From: an uncultured Gemmatimonadales bacterium | Lineage (GTDB): Bacteria; Gemmatimonadota; Gemmatimonadetes; Longimicrobiales; RSA9 | Length of the DNA: 64,000 nt | Direction of reading: 5' to 3' | Assembly (NCBI GenBank): GCA_963816355.1 | Contig: CAWFKH010000003.1 | Location: forward strand, 832,001 to 896,000 | Part shown: piece after piece, positions 54,207-63,737 of the stretch | Layout: each line of letters begins with the position of its first letter | Position numbering within the stretch: position 1 is the stretch's first letter | Notes under the pieces: model-generated | Told to the model about the DNA's origin: nothing | Seen by the model: only the letters and a program-made list of their open reading frames with translations | Database searches by the model: none | Program-made: the position numbers and the translations under genes

Positions 54207-54647
54207 ATGCGACGCGTCTTCGGCGTCGGTGTCATCCTCCTCCTGGTGACGATTCCCGGAAGGTTACGCGCGCAGGTCGGGGGTAACGGCCCTCCCACAA
54301 CGAACAACGGGGGGCTGAGCGTCGGGCAGAACTATCCGAATCCGTTCAACCCGCAGACGAAGATCCCGTTCGTTCTGAAGCAGGAGTTGTTCGAACGCGG
54401 ACGCGTCATCGTGACGATTCGGATCTACAATGTTCTCCACCAGCTCGTCGCGGTGCCCACGGCACTCGATCACCCCCTTGGCGCGGTGCCGGTGGAGCAC
54501 CTGGAGTACGCCTCGCCGGGTCGCAAGGAAGCGTTCTGGGACGGCAACGACCGGACCGGTCGTCAGGTTCCGTCCGGAATCTACCTCGCCCAGGTCCTGG
54601 TCGACGGCCTCAAGCCGGTCGTCATCAAGATGCTCGTCGCCAAATAG
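54207..54647 (+). CDS. Small secreted protein made of a FlgD-Ig / T9SS C-terminal-sorting-like domain
   Basis: Signal peptide MRRVFGVGVILLLV..., then QNYPNPFNP.T.I.F, IYN, WDG.D..G..V.SGIY, KML..K. Confidence 0.75.
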   Translation: MRRVFGVGVILLLVTIPGRLRAQVGGNGPPTTNNGGLSVGQNYPNPFNPQTKIPFVLKQELFERGRVIVTIRIYNVLHQLVAVPTALDHPLGAVPVEHLEYASPGRKEAFWDGNDRTGRQVPSGIYLAQVLVDGLKPVVIKMLVAK

Positions 54648-54687
54648 GAGGGGGAGAGAAACGCACCACATCCTTGTTCGAGAAGAG

Positions 54688-54724
54688 GAGAGCGCCGGCG
54701 GGAAACCGCCGGCGCTCTCGTTTT
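54688..54724 (+). terminator. Intrinsic terminator between convergent genes
   Basis: GAGAGCGCCGGCGG-GAAA-CCGCCGGCGCTCTC followed by GTTTT. Confidence 0.85.
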
Positions 54725-54759
54725 GTATCGCCTCGGTGGTCTAGACCCAACTACTGATC

Positions 54760-55212
54760 TTACAGCGACTTGGACTGTAGCAGCTCGAGGAATTCCTCAG
54801 GTGTCTGGAGCGCGTCAAGCCGCTTCGGCACGTCCGGGTCCTTGGCGAACTGCGCGATCTTGCCGAGGACGGGCAGGTACTGGTTGCTGACCTCGAGCGG
54901 CGGGGCGACGATGAGGAAGAAGTAGCGCACCGGCTGGTCGTCGATCGCCTTGAAGTCGAGGCCGCGCGGCTTGCGTCCGAAGGCGACGCGGAGGCGGCTG
55001 ACGACGAGGGAGCGGCAGTGGGGGATCGCCATGCCGCGGCCGATGCCGGTGGAACCGAGGTTCTCGCGTCGCTTGAGCATCTTGAAGAGGATCCCCTCGC
55101 TCTTCTCGTCGAGCGCGAGGAGGGAGATGAGCTCCTTGAGGATCTCGTCCTTGGTGTCGCCCTCGAGGTCGAGCGTGACCACATCTTTATTGAAGAACTC
55201 CCTCAATTCCAT
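54760..55212 (-). CDS. PTS EIIA, fructose/nitrogen (PtsN-like) family
   Basis: RENLGSTGIG.G.AIPHCR motif, DF.AID..PV..FFL. Confidence 0.88.
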   Translation of the reverse strand: MELREFFNKDVVTLDLEGDTKDEILKELISLLALDEKSEGILFKMLKRRENLGSTGIGRGMAIPHCRSLVVSRLRVAFGRKPRGLDFKAIDDQPVRYFFLIVAPPLEVSNQYLPVLGKIAQFAKDPDVPKRLDALQTPEEFLELLQSKSL

Positions 55213-55258
55213 ACCAGCCTCCGGACATCTGATTCGACGTAACCCGACAGGCGGGGCA

Positions 55259-55288
55259 AAGATAAGCCGCCGCTCTCGGCGGTGTCAA
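55259..55288 (-). promoter_or_regulatory. sigma70-like promoter of the PtsN-like gene
   Basis: Minus strand: TTGACA, 18-nt spacer, TATCTT. Confidence 0.55.
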
Positions 55289-55371
55289 AAGCGTGGAGCA
55301 GGGGCGGGAAGGGGAGCGCCCGGCGGGGCGGGGAACGGTTTCTCGCTTCGGAGAGGGGGTGGGGGCCGCGA

Positions 55372-55409
55372 TTGATGGGGTGGTGGGCACCGGTTAGATT
55401 CGGCCCGTG
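55372..55409 (+). promoter_or_regulatory. Promoter of dusB, likely leaderless
   Basis: TTGATG, 17-nt spacer, TAGATT (55395-55400); GTG start 6 nt later; no SD sequence. Confidence 0.5.
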
Positions 55410-56405
55410 TTCGACTCACTTCTGAACCGGCTGCGGGACCCTCTGGACGTCCCGCTCTACCTCGCGCCGCAGGCGGGCGTGAGCGAGTCGCCGTTCCGGC
55501 GTCTGTGTCGGCGCTTCGGCGCCGACGTCGTGGTGAGCGAGTTCGTGAGCGCCGAGGGGATCCGGCGCGGCAGCGCGCGCACGCACGAGTACCTGCGCTT
55601 TCACGAGGTGGAGCGGCCGATCGGGGTGCAGATCTTCGGCTCCGACCCGCGGGCGATGGGCGAAGCGGCGGCGCTGGTGGCGGACGCGTACGGCCCGGAC
55701 TTCATCGACATCAACTTCGGCTGTCCGGTGAAGAAGGTGGTGAAGCGCAACGGCGGCTCGGGCTGCCTGCGGGACCTGCCACTGGTGCAGCGGATCGTGC
55801 GGGCGGTCGACGCGGCCACGCCGCTTCCCACCACCGTCAAGATCCGCAGCGGCTGGAGCGAGGCGCTGCGCGATCCGGTGGAGATCGGCCTGCGCTGTCA
55901 GGACGCGGGCGCGCGCGTCCTCACACTGCACCCGCGCACGCGCACCGAGATGTACTCCGGCGAGGCGCGCTGGGAGGAGATCGCGGCTGTGGTCGACGCG
56001 CTCGACATCCCCGTCGTCGGCAACGGGGACATCCGCACGGGCGACGACGCGCGCCGCATGTGGCGGGAGACGCGCTGCGCCGGCGTCATGATCGCGCGCG
56101 GCTCGCACGGGGCGCCGTGGATTTTCGCCGAGGCGCGTGCTGCGCTGCGGGGCGAGCCGGCGCCGTCGCCGCTCGCGGTGGAGGAGCGGTTCCGCGTCGT
56201 CCTCGAGCACGCGCGCAACGCGATCGCGTTCGAGGCGGACGAGGCGCGTGCGATGCGGGATTTCCGCAAGCACCTGGGTTGGTACACGAAGGGCCTTCCG
56301 GACGGCCGTGTGCTGCGCCAGGAGCTCTTCCACGTGACGACCCTCGCGCAGGCCGAAGCGCTGCTCCAGGGCTACCTCGCGCGCTTCGAGGCGGTGGCGG
56401 CTTGA
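55407..56405 (+). CDS. dusB: tRNA-dihydrouridine synthase B
   Basis: LAPQAG, QIFG, IDINFGCPVKKV, TVKIRSG, GNGDI, RKHLGWY. Confidence 0.9.
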   Translation: MFDSLLNRLRDPLDVPLYLAPQAGVSESPFRRLCRRFGADVVVSEFVSAEGIRRGSARTHEYLRFHEVERPIGVQIFGSDPRAMGEAAALVADAYGPDFIDINFGCPVKKVVKRNGGSGCLRDLPLVQRIVRAVDAATPLPTTVKIRSGWSEALRDPVEIGLRCQDAGARVLTLHPRTRTEMYSGEARWEEIAAVVDALDIPVVGNGDIRTGDDARRMWRETRCAGVMIARGSHGAPWIFAEARAALRGEPAPSPLAVEERFRVVLEHARNAIAFEADEARAMRDFRKHLGWYTKGLPDGRVLRQELFHVTTLAQAEALLQGYLARFEAVAA

Positions 56406-57205
56406 GTCCGGAAGGGCTGCGGCGGCTCATGGACGCGGTCTCGCGGGGCGAGATCGCGCCCGCGGTCGCCGCGGAGCGCGTCGCGGCACTGGCGGTCGAG
56501 GCTGTGACCGCCGCGCCGGACGCGGAGCCGTTCGCGCGTCTGGACCACCACCGCCGCGCGCGCCAGGGCCACCCCGAGGTCGTCTTCGCGGAAGGGAAGA
56601 CCGCCGCGCAGGTGGTGCAGATCTGCGATCGCCTGCGCGAGCGGGCCGGCGCCTTCCTCGTGACGCGCGCGTCGCCCGACGTCGCCGGCGCCCTGCTCGC
56701 CCGTTTCCCGGGGGCCGCGCACAGCGAGGTCGCCCGCACCGTCCACCTCGCGGCCGAAACCTCGGCCTCCGAGGGGCCGCTCGAGACGATCGGCCCGATC
56801 GCCGTGGTGAGCGCCGGCACGGCGGACCTGCCGGTGGCCGAGGAGGCGGCGGTCACGGCGGAAGCGCTCGGCAACGACGTCGAGCGGCTCTACGACGTCG
56901 GCGTCGCCGGCCTCCATCGGCTGCTGGAGCGCACCGACGTCCTCCGCCGCGCCGCCGTCACGATCGTGGTGGCGGGCATGGAGGGGGCGCTGCCGTCCGT
57001 GGTGGGTGGCCTCGTCGCCGGCCCGGTCATCGCGGTCCCCACCAGCGTCGGCTACGGCGCCAGCTTCGGCGGCCTTGCCGCGCTCCTCTCGATGCTGACG
57101 AGCTGCGCCGCCGGCCTCACCGTGGTCAACATCGACAACGGCTTCGGCGCCGCCTTCGCCGCCACACGCATCAATCAGATCCATCGCCACCTCGCCGGCC
57201 GCTGA
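56402..57205 (+). CDS. larB: LarB/CpmA (PurE-like) nickel-pincer cofactor biosynthesis carboxylase
   Basis: ARLDHHR..RQG.PEVV..EGKT, SAGTAD.PVAEEA, DVGVAGLHRL, AGMEGAL.SV, PTSVGYG, VNIDNGFGA. Confidence 0.88.
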   Translation: MSPEGLRRLMDAVSRGEIAPAVAAERVAALAVEAVTAAPDAEPFARLDHHRRARQGHPEVVFAEGKTAAQVVQICDRLRERAGAFLVTRASPDVAGALLARFPGAAHSEVARTVHLAAETSASEGPLETIGPIAVVSAGTADLPVAEEAAVTAEALGNDVERLYDVGVAGLHRLLERTDVLRRAAVTIVVAGMEGALPSVVGGLVAGPVIAVPTSVGYGASFGGLAALLSMLTSCAAGLTVVNIDNGFGAAFAATRINQIHRHLAGR

Positions 57206-58689
57206 TGCAACGGCCGCCGCCGCGCCCCGACACGCAGCCCGGCGAAGCGTGGTTCGCGGCCGCCGCCGGCGAGACGAGCGCCGACGAGCAGCTGCGCCGG
57301 CTGCTCGAGCGCATTCGCGCCGCGGCGGGCGCGGCCCGCGCGGTCCTCTGGGACACCGATCCCGAGGGGCTGCGCGCGCGCCCCGCGTTCGTCGCCGGCG
57401 GCCCGCCTCCCGGACCCGTGCCGCTGCGCGGCGATCCGCTGCACTGGGTGTGGCAGGAGGGGGTTCCGATCCGCCTCGAGCGGGCGCCCTCCTGGACGGC
57501 GACCGACGGCGGAACGTGGGTCCTGCCGCTCACCCCCTCCACCGCCGTCGCCACGCTGCTCACGCTCGAATACGCGGCCGATGCCGCCACGCCGGACGCA
57601 GCGACGTCGCTCGAACCCTACGCGGCGCTCGTCGCCGCCGCCCTCGCCGCGCTGCGGCGCGAGACCGCGGCCGTCGAGGCGCGCCGTCGCCTGGACGACA
57701 TCCTGGCGACCGTGCGCGACCTGCCCCGCCACCTCGCCGCCGAGCGCGTCGCGCCCCAGCTCGCCGACGCCGCGCGGCGCCTCGTCGCCGGGACCGGAGC
57801 CCTCGTCGCCATCTGGAGTGAGACGACCGGCGAGGTCGTGGCGACGGCCGGCGAGGATGGCGGTCCGCGCGTCGGCTCGACGATCGAGGCCGACACCGAG
57901 CTGGCCCTCGCCGCCCGCGCGGGCGCCCCGATCGTGCGCGAGGATCCACGCCGCCGCGCGTCCGCGCCTCCGCTGGCGACGCGCGATGAGCGCTGGGCCG
58001 GCCGTCCGCTCACCCTCGCCGTGGTTCCCCTCAGCGACGCCCACAATCGCGTGCTCGGCCTCGTCGCCGCCTGGAGCTCATCCGCACGACGCCTCGACGA
58101 GGCGGGCCTGGACGCGCTCCGCTCGATCGCGCCCTACGCGGCGCTGCAGCTCCAGCACGCCGTCGAGTTCTCCTCCGCCCGCCGCTCCGCCGTCCTCGAC
58201 CCGCTCACCGCCCTCGCCAACCGCCGCGCCTTCGACGAGCGCTTCGCCGACTCCGCCGCCCACTTCCGGCGCTATCGACGGCCGCTCGCGCTCCTCCTCC
58301 TCGACCTCGACCATTTCAAGCGGGTCAACGACAGCCTGGGTCACGAGGCCGGCGACGCCGTGCTGCGCGCCGCCGCAGGCGCCCTTGCCGCGTGCGTCCG
58401 CGAAACCGACCTCGCCGCCCGCTTCGGCGGCGAGGAGTTCGCCATCCTCGCCCACGAGGCGAGCCTCGCCGAGGCCGCACGGCTCGCCGAACGCGCCCGC
58501 CAGGCGGTCGAGGCGCTGCGCGTCGAGTGGGGAGGCAAGCCCGTGCCGGTCCGCGTCTCGATCGGCGTCGCCGCCTGCCCCGAAAGCGTCGAGGACCCCG
58601 CCGAGCTGATCGCCGCCGCCGACGCGGCGCTCTACCGCGCCAAGGAGGAGGGGCGGAACCGGGTGACCACGGCGGCCGACGAGCCGTGA
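57205..58689 (+). CDS. GAF-like sensor diguanylate cyclase
   Basis: DPLT.L.NRR, DLDHFKRVND..GH..GD, RETD I-site and ARFGGEEF. Confidence 0.9.
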   Translation: MQRPPPRPDTQPGEAWFAAAAGETSADEQLRRLLERIRAAAGAARAVLWDTDPEGLRARPAFVAGGPPPGPVPLRGDPLHWVWQEGVPIRLERAPSWTATDGGTWVLPLTPSTAVATLLTLEYAADAATPDAATSLEPYAALVAAALAALRRETAAVEARRRLDDILATVRDLPRHLAAERVAPQLADAARRLVAGTGALVAIWSETTGEVVATAGEDGGPRVGSTIEADTELALAARAGAPIVREDPRRRASAPPLATRDERWAGRPLTLAVVPLSDAHNRVLGLVAAWSSSARRLDEAGLDALRSIAPYAALQLQHAVEFSSARRSAVLDPLTALANRRAFDERFADSAAHFRRYRRPLALLLLDLDHFKRVNDSLGHEAGDAVLRAAAGALAACVRETDLAARFGGEEFAILAHEASLAEAARLAERARQAVEALRVEWGGKPVPVRVSIGVAACPESVEDPAELIAAADAALYRAKEEGRNRVTTAADEP

Positions 58690-58782
58690 ACGACGCGGGC
58701 CCGGTGAGCCGCGAAGGACGGGGGCCGGCGAGCCGCGAAGGACGGGGCCGGTGAGCCGTGAAGGACGGGGCCGGCGAGCCGC
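58676..58782. repeat. 23-24 bp tandem repeat: 3.5 copies plus a degenerate copy spanning the GGDEF stop codon
   Basis: CCGGYGAGCCGYGAAGGACGGGG at 58701, 58725 and 58748, partial at 58771; degenerate CCGACGAGCCGTGAACGACGCGGGC at 58676. Confidence 0.9.
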
Positions 58783-58802
58783 CACCGGAACGGCGTCGCG
58801 GC

Positions 58803-58831
58803 TTGACCTAAACCACGGAAACGGCTAGCTT
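58803..58831 (+). promoter_or_regulatory. ssrA promoter
   Basis: TTGACC, 17-nt spacer, TAGCTT, ending 13 nt before the tmRNA 5' end. Confidence 0.65.
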
Positions 58832-58844
58832 TAGGGCAGTATCC

Positions 58845-59202
58845 GGGGCCGACACTGGATTCGACGTGTTTGGTGAGGTCGGCGCTGCGTGCCGAGGTTC
58901 CGTTACCTCGTAAATCAACGGAAACAAAGTACAAGTGCCAACTCTCAAATGGCGCTGGCTGCGTAAGTAACCTTGCGCACCCGTCTTTCACTGCACCGGG
59001 CCCGAGGTGAGGTGGAAGGCGACGACTGAATCGGGCTGGCTTCCGGCGTGGCCGCTTCGCCGGAGGCGAGATTCACAGCGGCTGGCTCGTGAGGAGGCGG
59101 TCCACCGGCCGCCGATCGGGCGAGAAATCAAACGGCGGACTACGCACGTAGACGCGACGGCGGATCGATTCACGGACGCGGGTTCGACTCCCGCCGGCTC
59201 CA
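58845..59202 (+). ncRNA. ssrA: tmRNA (one-piece), tag peptide ANSQMALAA at 58937-58966
   Basis: 5' GGGGCCG...GGATTCGAC; 3' T-arm GCGGGTTCGACTCCCGC then CGGCTCCA; acceptor stem has the G3-U70 Ala determinant; ~358 nt; tag ends ALAA-TAA. Confidence 0.95.
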
Positions 59203-59230
59203 CTTGACAGGACCTGCAGGTTGAAGGACA

Positions 59231-59272
59231 GCCGCCCGGTCAGAATTGCGAAAATTCTGGCCGGGCGGTTTT
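59231..59272 (+). terminator. Terminator hairpin after ssrA
   Basis: GCCGCCCGGTCAGAATT / AATTCTGGCCGGGCGGT 17-bp stem followed by TTT. Confidence 0.8.
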
Positions 59273-59366
59273 GCATCGGGGCTCGTCTCGTTGCCCACAC
59301 CTGAGGCCACACGCCGCGCGCTGTCATGACGGGATTCGGCGACGGACGCGTCGTCAGGTCCCGTCG

Positions 59367-61662
59367 TCAGGTGCCGCCCGACTCCCGCGCCGCCCGGGCC
59401 AGGATGCGGCGGGCGGCCTCGACGCGCGGCTGCAGCTCGGCATCGGCGCCGCCCCACAGCTCGACGACGGCGGAGGCGTGCTTCGCCGCCTCTGCCTGGT
59501 CGCCGGCCTCTTCGTTGAGCTGGGCGAGGCGCGCGTGCACCGGCACCAGCAGCGTCGCGTCGGTCAGGACCAACGGGTCGGGCAGTGCACCATACGACCA
59601 CGGCGTTGACGAGGAACCGGTCGTACGCCGCGATGGCCGAATCACGCTGCCCGAGCGCGTCGTAGGCCCGACCGAGCAGGGCGTCGACGGGCGCGGGCCA
59701 GGTCGTGCTCTGTCGCGCCTGCCGGAGATCGGCCACCGCGACCTGAGGGTTCCTCTGCCGCAGCGCCAGGAACGCGTCGGCCGCATGGAGCACCCACGCG
59801 TCGCTCCAGCGAGCCGGCTCCGGCACTTCCGCGTCGTAGAGTGCGCGTGCCCTGCGGGACGTCTCGGTGTCTCCGCCGACCGCGGTGGCCAGCGCGACCT
59901 GCGCCAGGTCCTGACCGTGCAGCGCGAGCTCGCCGGCCGCCGCGCTGTCGACCCGGGCCCGCAGCCATGCAAGTCCGCTCGTGTCCCCCAGAACGATGAT
60001 CGGATCGACGACACCGAACCAGTGTGCCAGCTGGCCTGCACCGGGAGCGTCGCTCTCCGCCAGGTGATGCGCGGCCTCCTTCCAGTGGCCGCGGACCCGG
60101 TCGGACATCACCTGAGTCACGCCGGGCCCCAGCGCGTGCACCGAGTCCCACTGCTCCCGCGCCGCCAGGGCCAACATCTGGAGAACCGCGACGTTCTGGC
60201 TGCCGGGCAGGTCGGAGAGTGCACGCTGCACGGCCGAGTCCGCCGCCTCGACGCGGCCCGCGTCGAGGCGAGCGACTACCAGATTCCAGTGTCCCACCCA
60301 GTTCTCGGGAGCCGTGTCAACGGCACGCTCCGCCGTCGCGGCCGCCTGGTCCCACTCGCCCGCGTTCCAGTACGCATCGCTGAGCCCCATCCAGGCCCTG
60401 GCGTTGAGGCTGTCGCGAAGCACGGCTTCCCTGCCTTCCTCGATCGCCGCATCGTGATCCCCGACCATTCCGGCTCGCAGCGCCTGCACGTAGATGACGC
60501 GGCTGTCGTCGAGTCGGTCCCTGTGCGCGAGGGCGTGGTCGACGGCATCCAGCGCCGCCGCGATGTTGCCGCTGTTGTAGCGATAGATGGCGAGGTTCAC
60601 CCAGGCCCAGGCAAAGGTGGAATCGAGTTGCAGCGCCTCCTCGGCGAGCCGTATCGCGCGCGGCCGGTCTCCGGCGACTTCCTCCCGGAAAGACTCCACG
60701 GCCAGTCGCAGCGCGGGCAGCGACGGCGTGGTGACCTGGGTGAGAGGCGAGGAAGCGCGGACGGTCTTCAGCGATTCGCCGATGCCCTCCCGCAGGTCGT
60801 GCGAAAGTGCGCCGATCGCCTGCACGATCTGCGTCGAGTCGTCCGCCGTTTCCCGGAACGTCGCGAGCGTGCGGCCCGAGTCGGCCGTGACTACGCTCGA
60901 CGTCAGGATGTAGCCGCCGCCGGCACGGCCCACTTCTCCCTCGATGAGCGCCTTCAATCCCAGACGGAGCGCGACCTCTCGAGCCGTCGCGGCATCCAGC
61001 CGGGAGTCGGCCGGCAGCACCATGCGCCGCAGGGTCTCCTGAATCCGCGTGCGGTCGGCCACCGTGACGAACGTGGACTGCTCCAGGTCCGCGCGCAGAC
61101 CCTCCGTCACGACGGCAGCGAGCGACGAGTCGCCGCTCAATGCGACGAACTCGGACATGACGAGCGGCGTGCGCTCGTCCAGCGATCCGCTCGAAACGAG
61201 CGTCGCGGCCGGCCCGATGCCCAGGGTGCGCATGGCCAGGAACCCGGTGGCGCCGAGGCCGAGAAGCGCGAAGGCCAGGACGCCCGCCGTGATCGCTTTC
61301 GGCCAGGTCAGCAGCCGGCGCTTCGGACGTTCGGACGCGGCGCGGCGGCGGTGTTCGGGCTGGTCAGGCTCCGGATCCGCCGCGACCGGCGCTAGTGGCA
61401 TCGTTTCATTCGAGCGATCGAGTGGCAGCCCCTCCTGCACGAACGCGGTCGCCAGCACGACGGGAAGACCGATGATGAAGAGGACGATCGCGAAAGGCGG
61501 CACCCAGTCGGGGAGGCCGACGCCCTGCGTCAGATCGAGGATCACCTGGTATCCGACCCAGGAGCCCACCACGTAGAGACCCAGCACCTGCCATAGGGAG
61601 CGGCGGTGCGCTTCCGAGATCAGGCGGCGAAGCCGGTCGAGGAGCCTTGGAGGGGTCGCCAT
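59367..61662 (-). CDS. Membrane protein: N-terminal 3-TM module, TolB_N-like alpha/beta domain and TPR repeats; +1 frameshift at ~59610
   Basis: N-terminal RRSLWQVLGLY...LPDW; TTPSLPAL; TPR-like LDSTFAWAW. The plausible C-terminus LW.GADAELQPRV..ARR.L is in ORF 59367..60041; span is 3n+1. Confidence 0.75.
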
Positions 61663-61826
61663 GAACGCCGGGGCACAGGGGAGCGCCGCATTACCGCCGG
61701 AAGCCTGCGAGACCGGACACGGAACGACGCGGTGAGGATCGCTATCCGCCTGATCTTACACCGGCGGGCAACGCGTTTCCAGCTTTTCGTGCGGGCGAAC
61801 CGCTGATACCGCCTCGGACCTGGCGC

Positions 61827-62066
61827 CTACAGCGCCATCCAGCGGAACAGCTCGAACAACAGCGCGCCCACGAGGGCGGCAGCCGGAATCGTGGCCAGCC
61901 ACGAGTTCACGATGTTGCGGATCATGCGGATGTTGAGGGCGCCGATGCCGTGGGCGAAGCCGACGCCGATGACGCCGCCCACCAGTGTGTGGGTCGTCGA
62001 CACGGGCAGCCCCATGCGGCTGGCGACCAGGACCGTTGTGGCGGCGCCGAACCCGACGCTGAACCC
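61827..62066 (-). pseudogene. C-terminal remnant of a PiT-family phosphate transporter
   Basis: GF....AATTVL.AS..GLPVSTTH..VG.V.GVG...SW..T.P; only ~80 codons, no start. Confidence 0.8.
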
Positions 62067-62468
62067 GCACGGTCGGAGCCGTGGATCCGGACGGAGGCGT
62101 CGAGGCTGAAGCCGCCGGTGCCCTGCCAGGTGAGCATGTCGTCGACGGTGGGGCTCGAGGAGGCCGCGGCGTTGGAAGAGGCGCAGGATGCGGCGCTGGA
62201 GGACGGGCGTGAGGGTGGTGGCATCGGCGAAGAAGTGAGTGGCCTCATCGAAGCGGACTTCGCCGTCCACGGTCCCGGTGAAGACGCCATCGAGGACCAC
62301 GACGTGGAAGTGGAAGTGGGCGTTGAGGGAGGAGCCGAAGCGGTGGAGGAAGGAGACTGCGCCGATCTGGGCGTCGGGACCGGCGCCCGGGCTGGCGTGG
62401 CGCAGGCGGGTGCGGACCGCCCGGAGCAGGATCCGGAGCACGGCGCCGGCAAGGGCGGGATCGTGGAC
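62064..62468 (-). mobile_element. Internal fragment of an IS91-family (Y2/HUH) transposase, frameshifted
   Basis: GAVSFLHRFGSSLNAHFHFHVVVLDGVF HUH motif and GFSLDASVRI...DRAG; frameshift near 62150; truncated before the catalytic Tyr region. Confidence 0.75.
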
Positions 62469-63035
62469 ACGGTGCTGGCCGCGGCCCGCTCGGAGATTCG
62501 CAGGGGCCAGCCGTTCCTGGGCCACGTCATCCTGCTCACGGCGGATGGGAAGTCCTTCGCCTATCCGATCCACGACGTGCCGCGCTCCTCGACGCACGAC
62601 CGCCGGCGGACCAACGAAATGGCCGCCCGGAAGGCCGCCGTGCGCGACATGGTGATCGCGCGCGACCTGGACGTGCTCGCGGTCGTTGCGGTCGCGGAGG
62701 CCTGGGTCAGCGAGGCGTCGCTCGAGGGCGAGGCCGAGCCGTTCAAGCTGCCGCTCAAGGGGATCCATCCGTGGATGGACCCGGACCGCTCGGAAGCGCT
62801 CGTCGCGTCGGTCAGCACGACCGAGGCGGGCCGGATCGGCATGGCGCCCATCGTCCGCAGCGGCGGCGTCCTGGACGAAGGGCCGGGCCGCGTCGGAGCG
62901 TTGAACTGGCAGCCCATGGCCGGGGATTCGGCGCTAATGGACGGGCTGTTCGCCACCACGGTGATCGAGCCGGCCGCGGAGCACGAGCGAGCGGAGCGGG
63001 CCGGGCGTGTGCTCTCGACCGGAGGCCCGAGCTGA
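62463..63035 (+). CDS. Hypothetical protein, possibly 5'-truncated
   Basis: Protein-like C-terminal part of ORF 61950..63035 (V.EAW...DRSEALV...); the upstream part of that ORF is antisense to the transposase remnant. Confidence 0.5.
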   Translation: MDTVLAAARSEIRRGQPFLGHVILLTADGKSFAYPIHDVPRSSTHDRRRTNEMAARKAAVRDMVIARDLDVLAVVAVAEAWVSEASLEGEAEPFKLPLKGIHPWMDPDRSEALVASVSTTEAGRIGMAPIVRSGGVLDEGPGRVGALNWQPMAGDSALMDGLFATTVIEPAAEHERAERAGRVLSTGGPS

Positions 63036-63223
63036 AGGCGGGGTGCTCCCGTAGCGTTACACGTTCCCGGAATGTGCATTATGGGCAGGCGGTAACGCTC
63101 CCGGGGCCCGGCCGACGCCGCTGAAGCCCGGGCCCGTCACGCACGTCCCGCGTCGAGCGAGGGGCTGGACCCGAACCCGCCACTTGGTTAGATTGAGTGT
63201 ACCAAATGATCTGGAGCGGAACC

Positions 63224-63736
63224 ATGGCGGCAGCACGCGGGGCGACGGCAGAGGCGTTGGCGGGAACCGGGACGGGCGATGCGTTCTGGGCCGACCTGCT
63301 GGACGGCGAGCGACGGCTGCTGGACCTCGAGCAGATGACGATGCTCGAGCGGGTCGAGCTCGTTCGCAACGGCGTACCGGCCGGGGTGCTCCCGTTCCTT
63401 GGCGAGGCCATGGAGGTCTCCAAGGACCGGCTCTACCACACCATCGGTCTGCCGCGCTCCACGGGCGAGCGCAAGGTCCGCGAGGGCGCGCGGCTGGACG
63501 CGGACCAGAGCGAACGGGTCCTCGGCCTGGCCCGCCTGATCGGACGCGTTCAGCAGATCGTCGAGGAATCGGGCGACCCGACCGACTTCGATGCCGCGCG
63601 CTGGGTGGCCGACTGGCTGGATGAGCCGTTGACGGCGCTGGGCGGCCGCCGTCCGGCCGACCTGATGGACACGGCCGAGGGACGCGCCCTGGTGCTCAGC
63701 TTCGTCGGCCAGATGCAGGCCGGAACGTACGCCTGA
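63224..63736 (+). CDS. Xre/MbcA/ParS-type antitoxin
   Basis: HTH, QSERV...AR, and C-terminal WL..P..ALGG.RP.DL.DT.EG...V. Confidence 0.88.
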   Translation: MAAARGATAEALAGTGTGDAFWADLLDGERRLLDLEQMTMLERVELVRNGVPAGVLPFLGEAMEVSKDRLYHTIGLPRSTGERKVREGARLDADQSERVLGLARLIGRVQQIVEESGDPTDFDAARWVADWLDEPLTALGGRRPADLMDTAEGRALVLSFVGQMQAGTYA

Positions 63737-63737
63737 G

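Noticed and set aside
58676..58782. CRISPR array
   Set aside because: Units are contiguous with no unique spacers, and no cas genes are present.
58988..59327. Small ORFs over the tmRNA, and the 830-aa ORF extension to 59170
   Set aside because: They overlap ssrA and its terminator; the TPR gene more plausibly ends at 59367 after correcting the frameshift.
63053..63099. Integron attC site
   Set aside because: Core orientation is wrong (GTT before AAC), it is single-copy, and no integron integrase is present.
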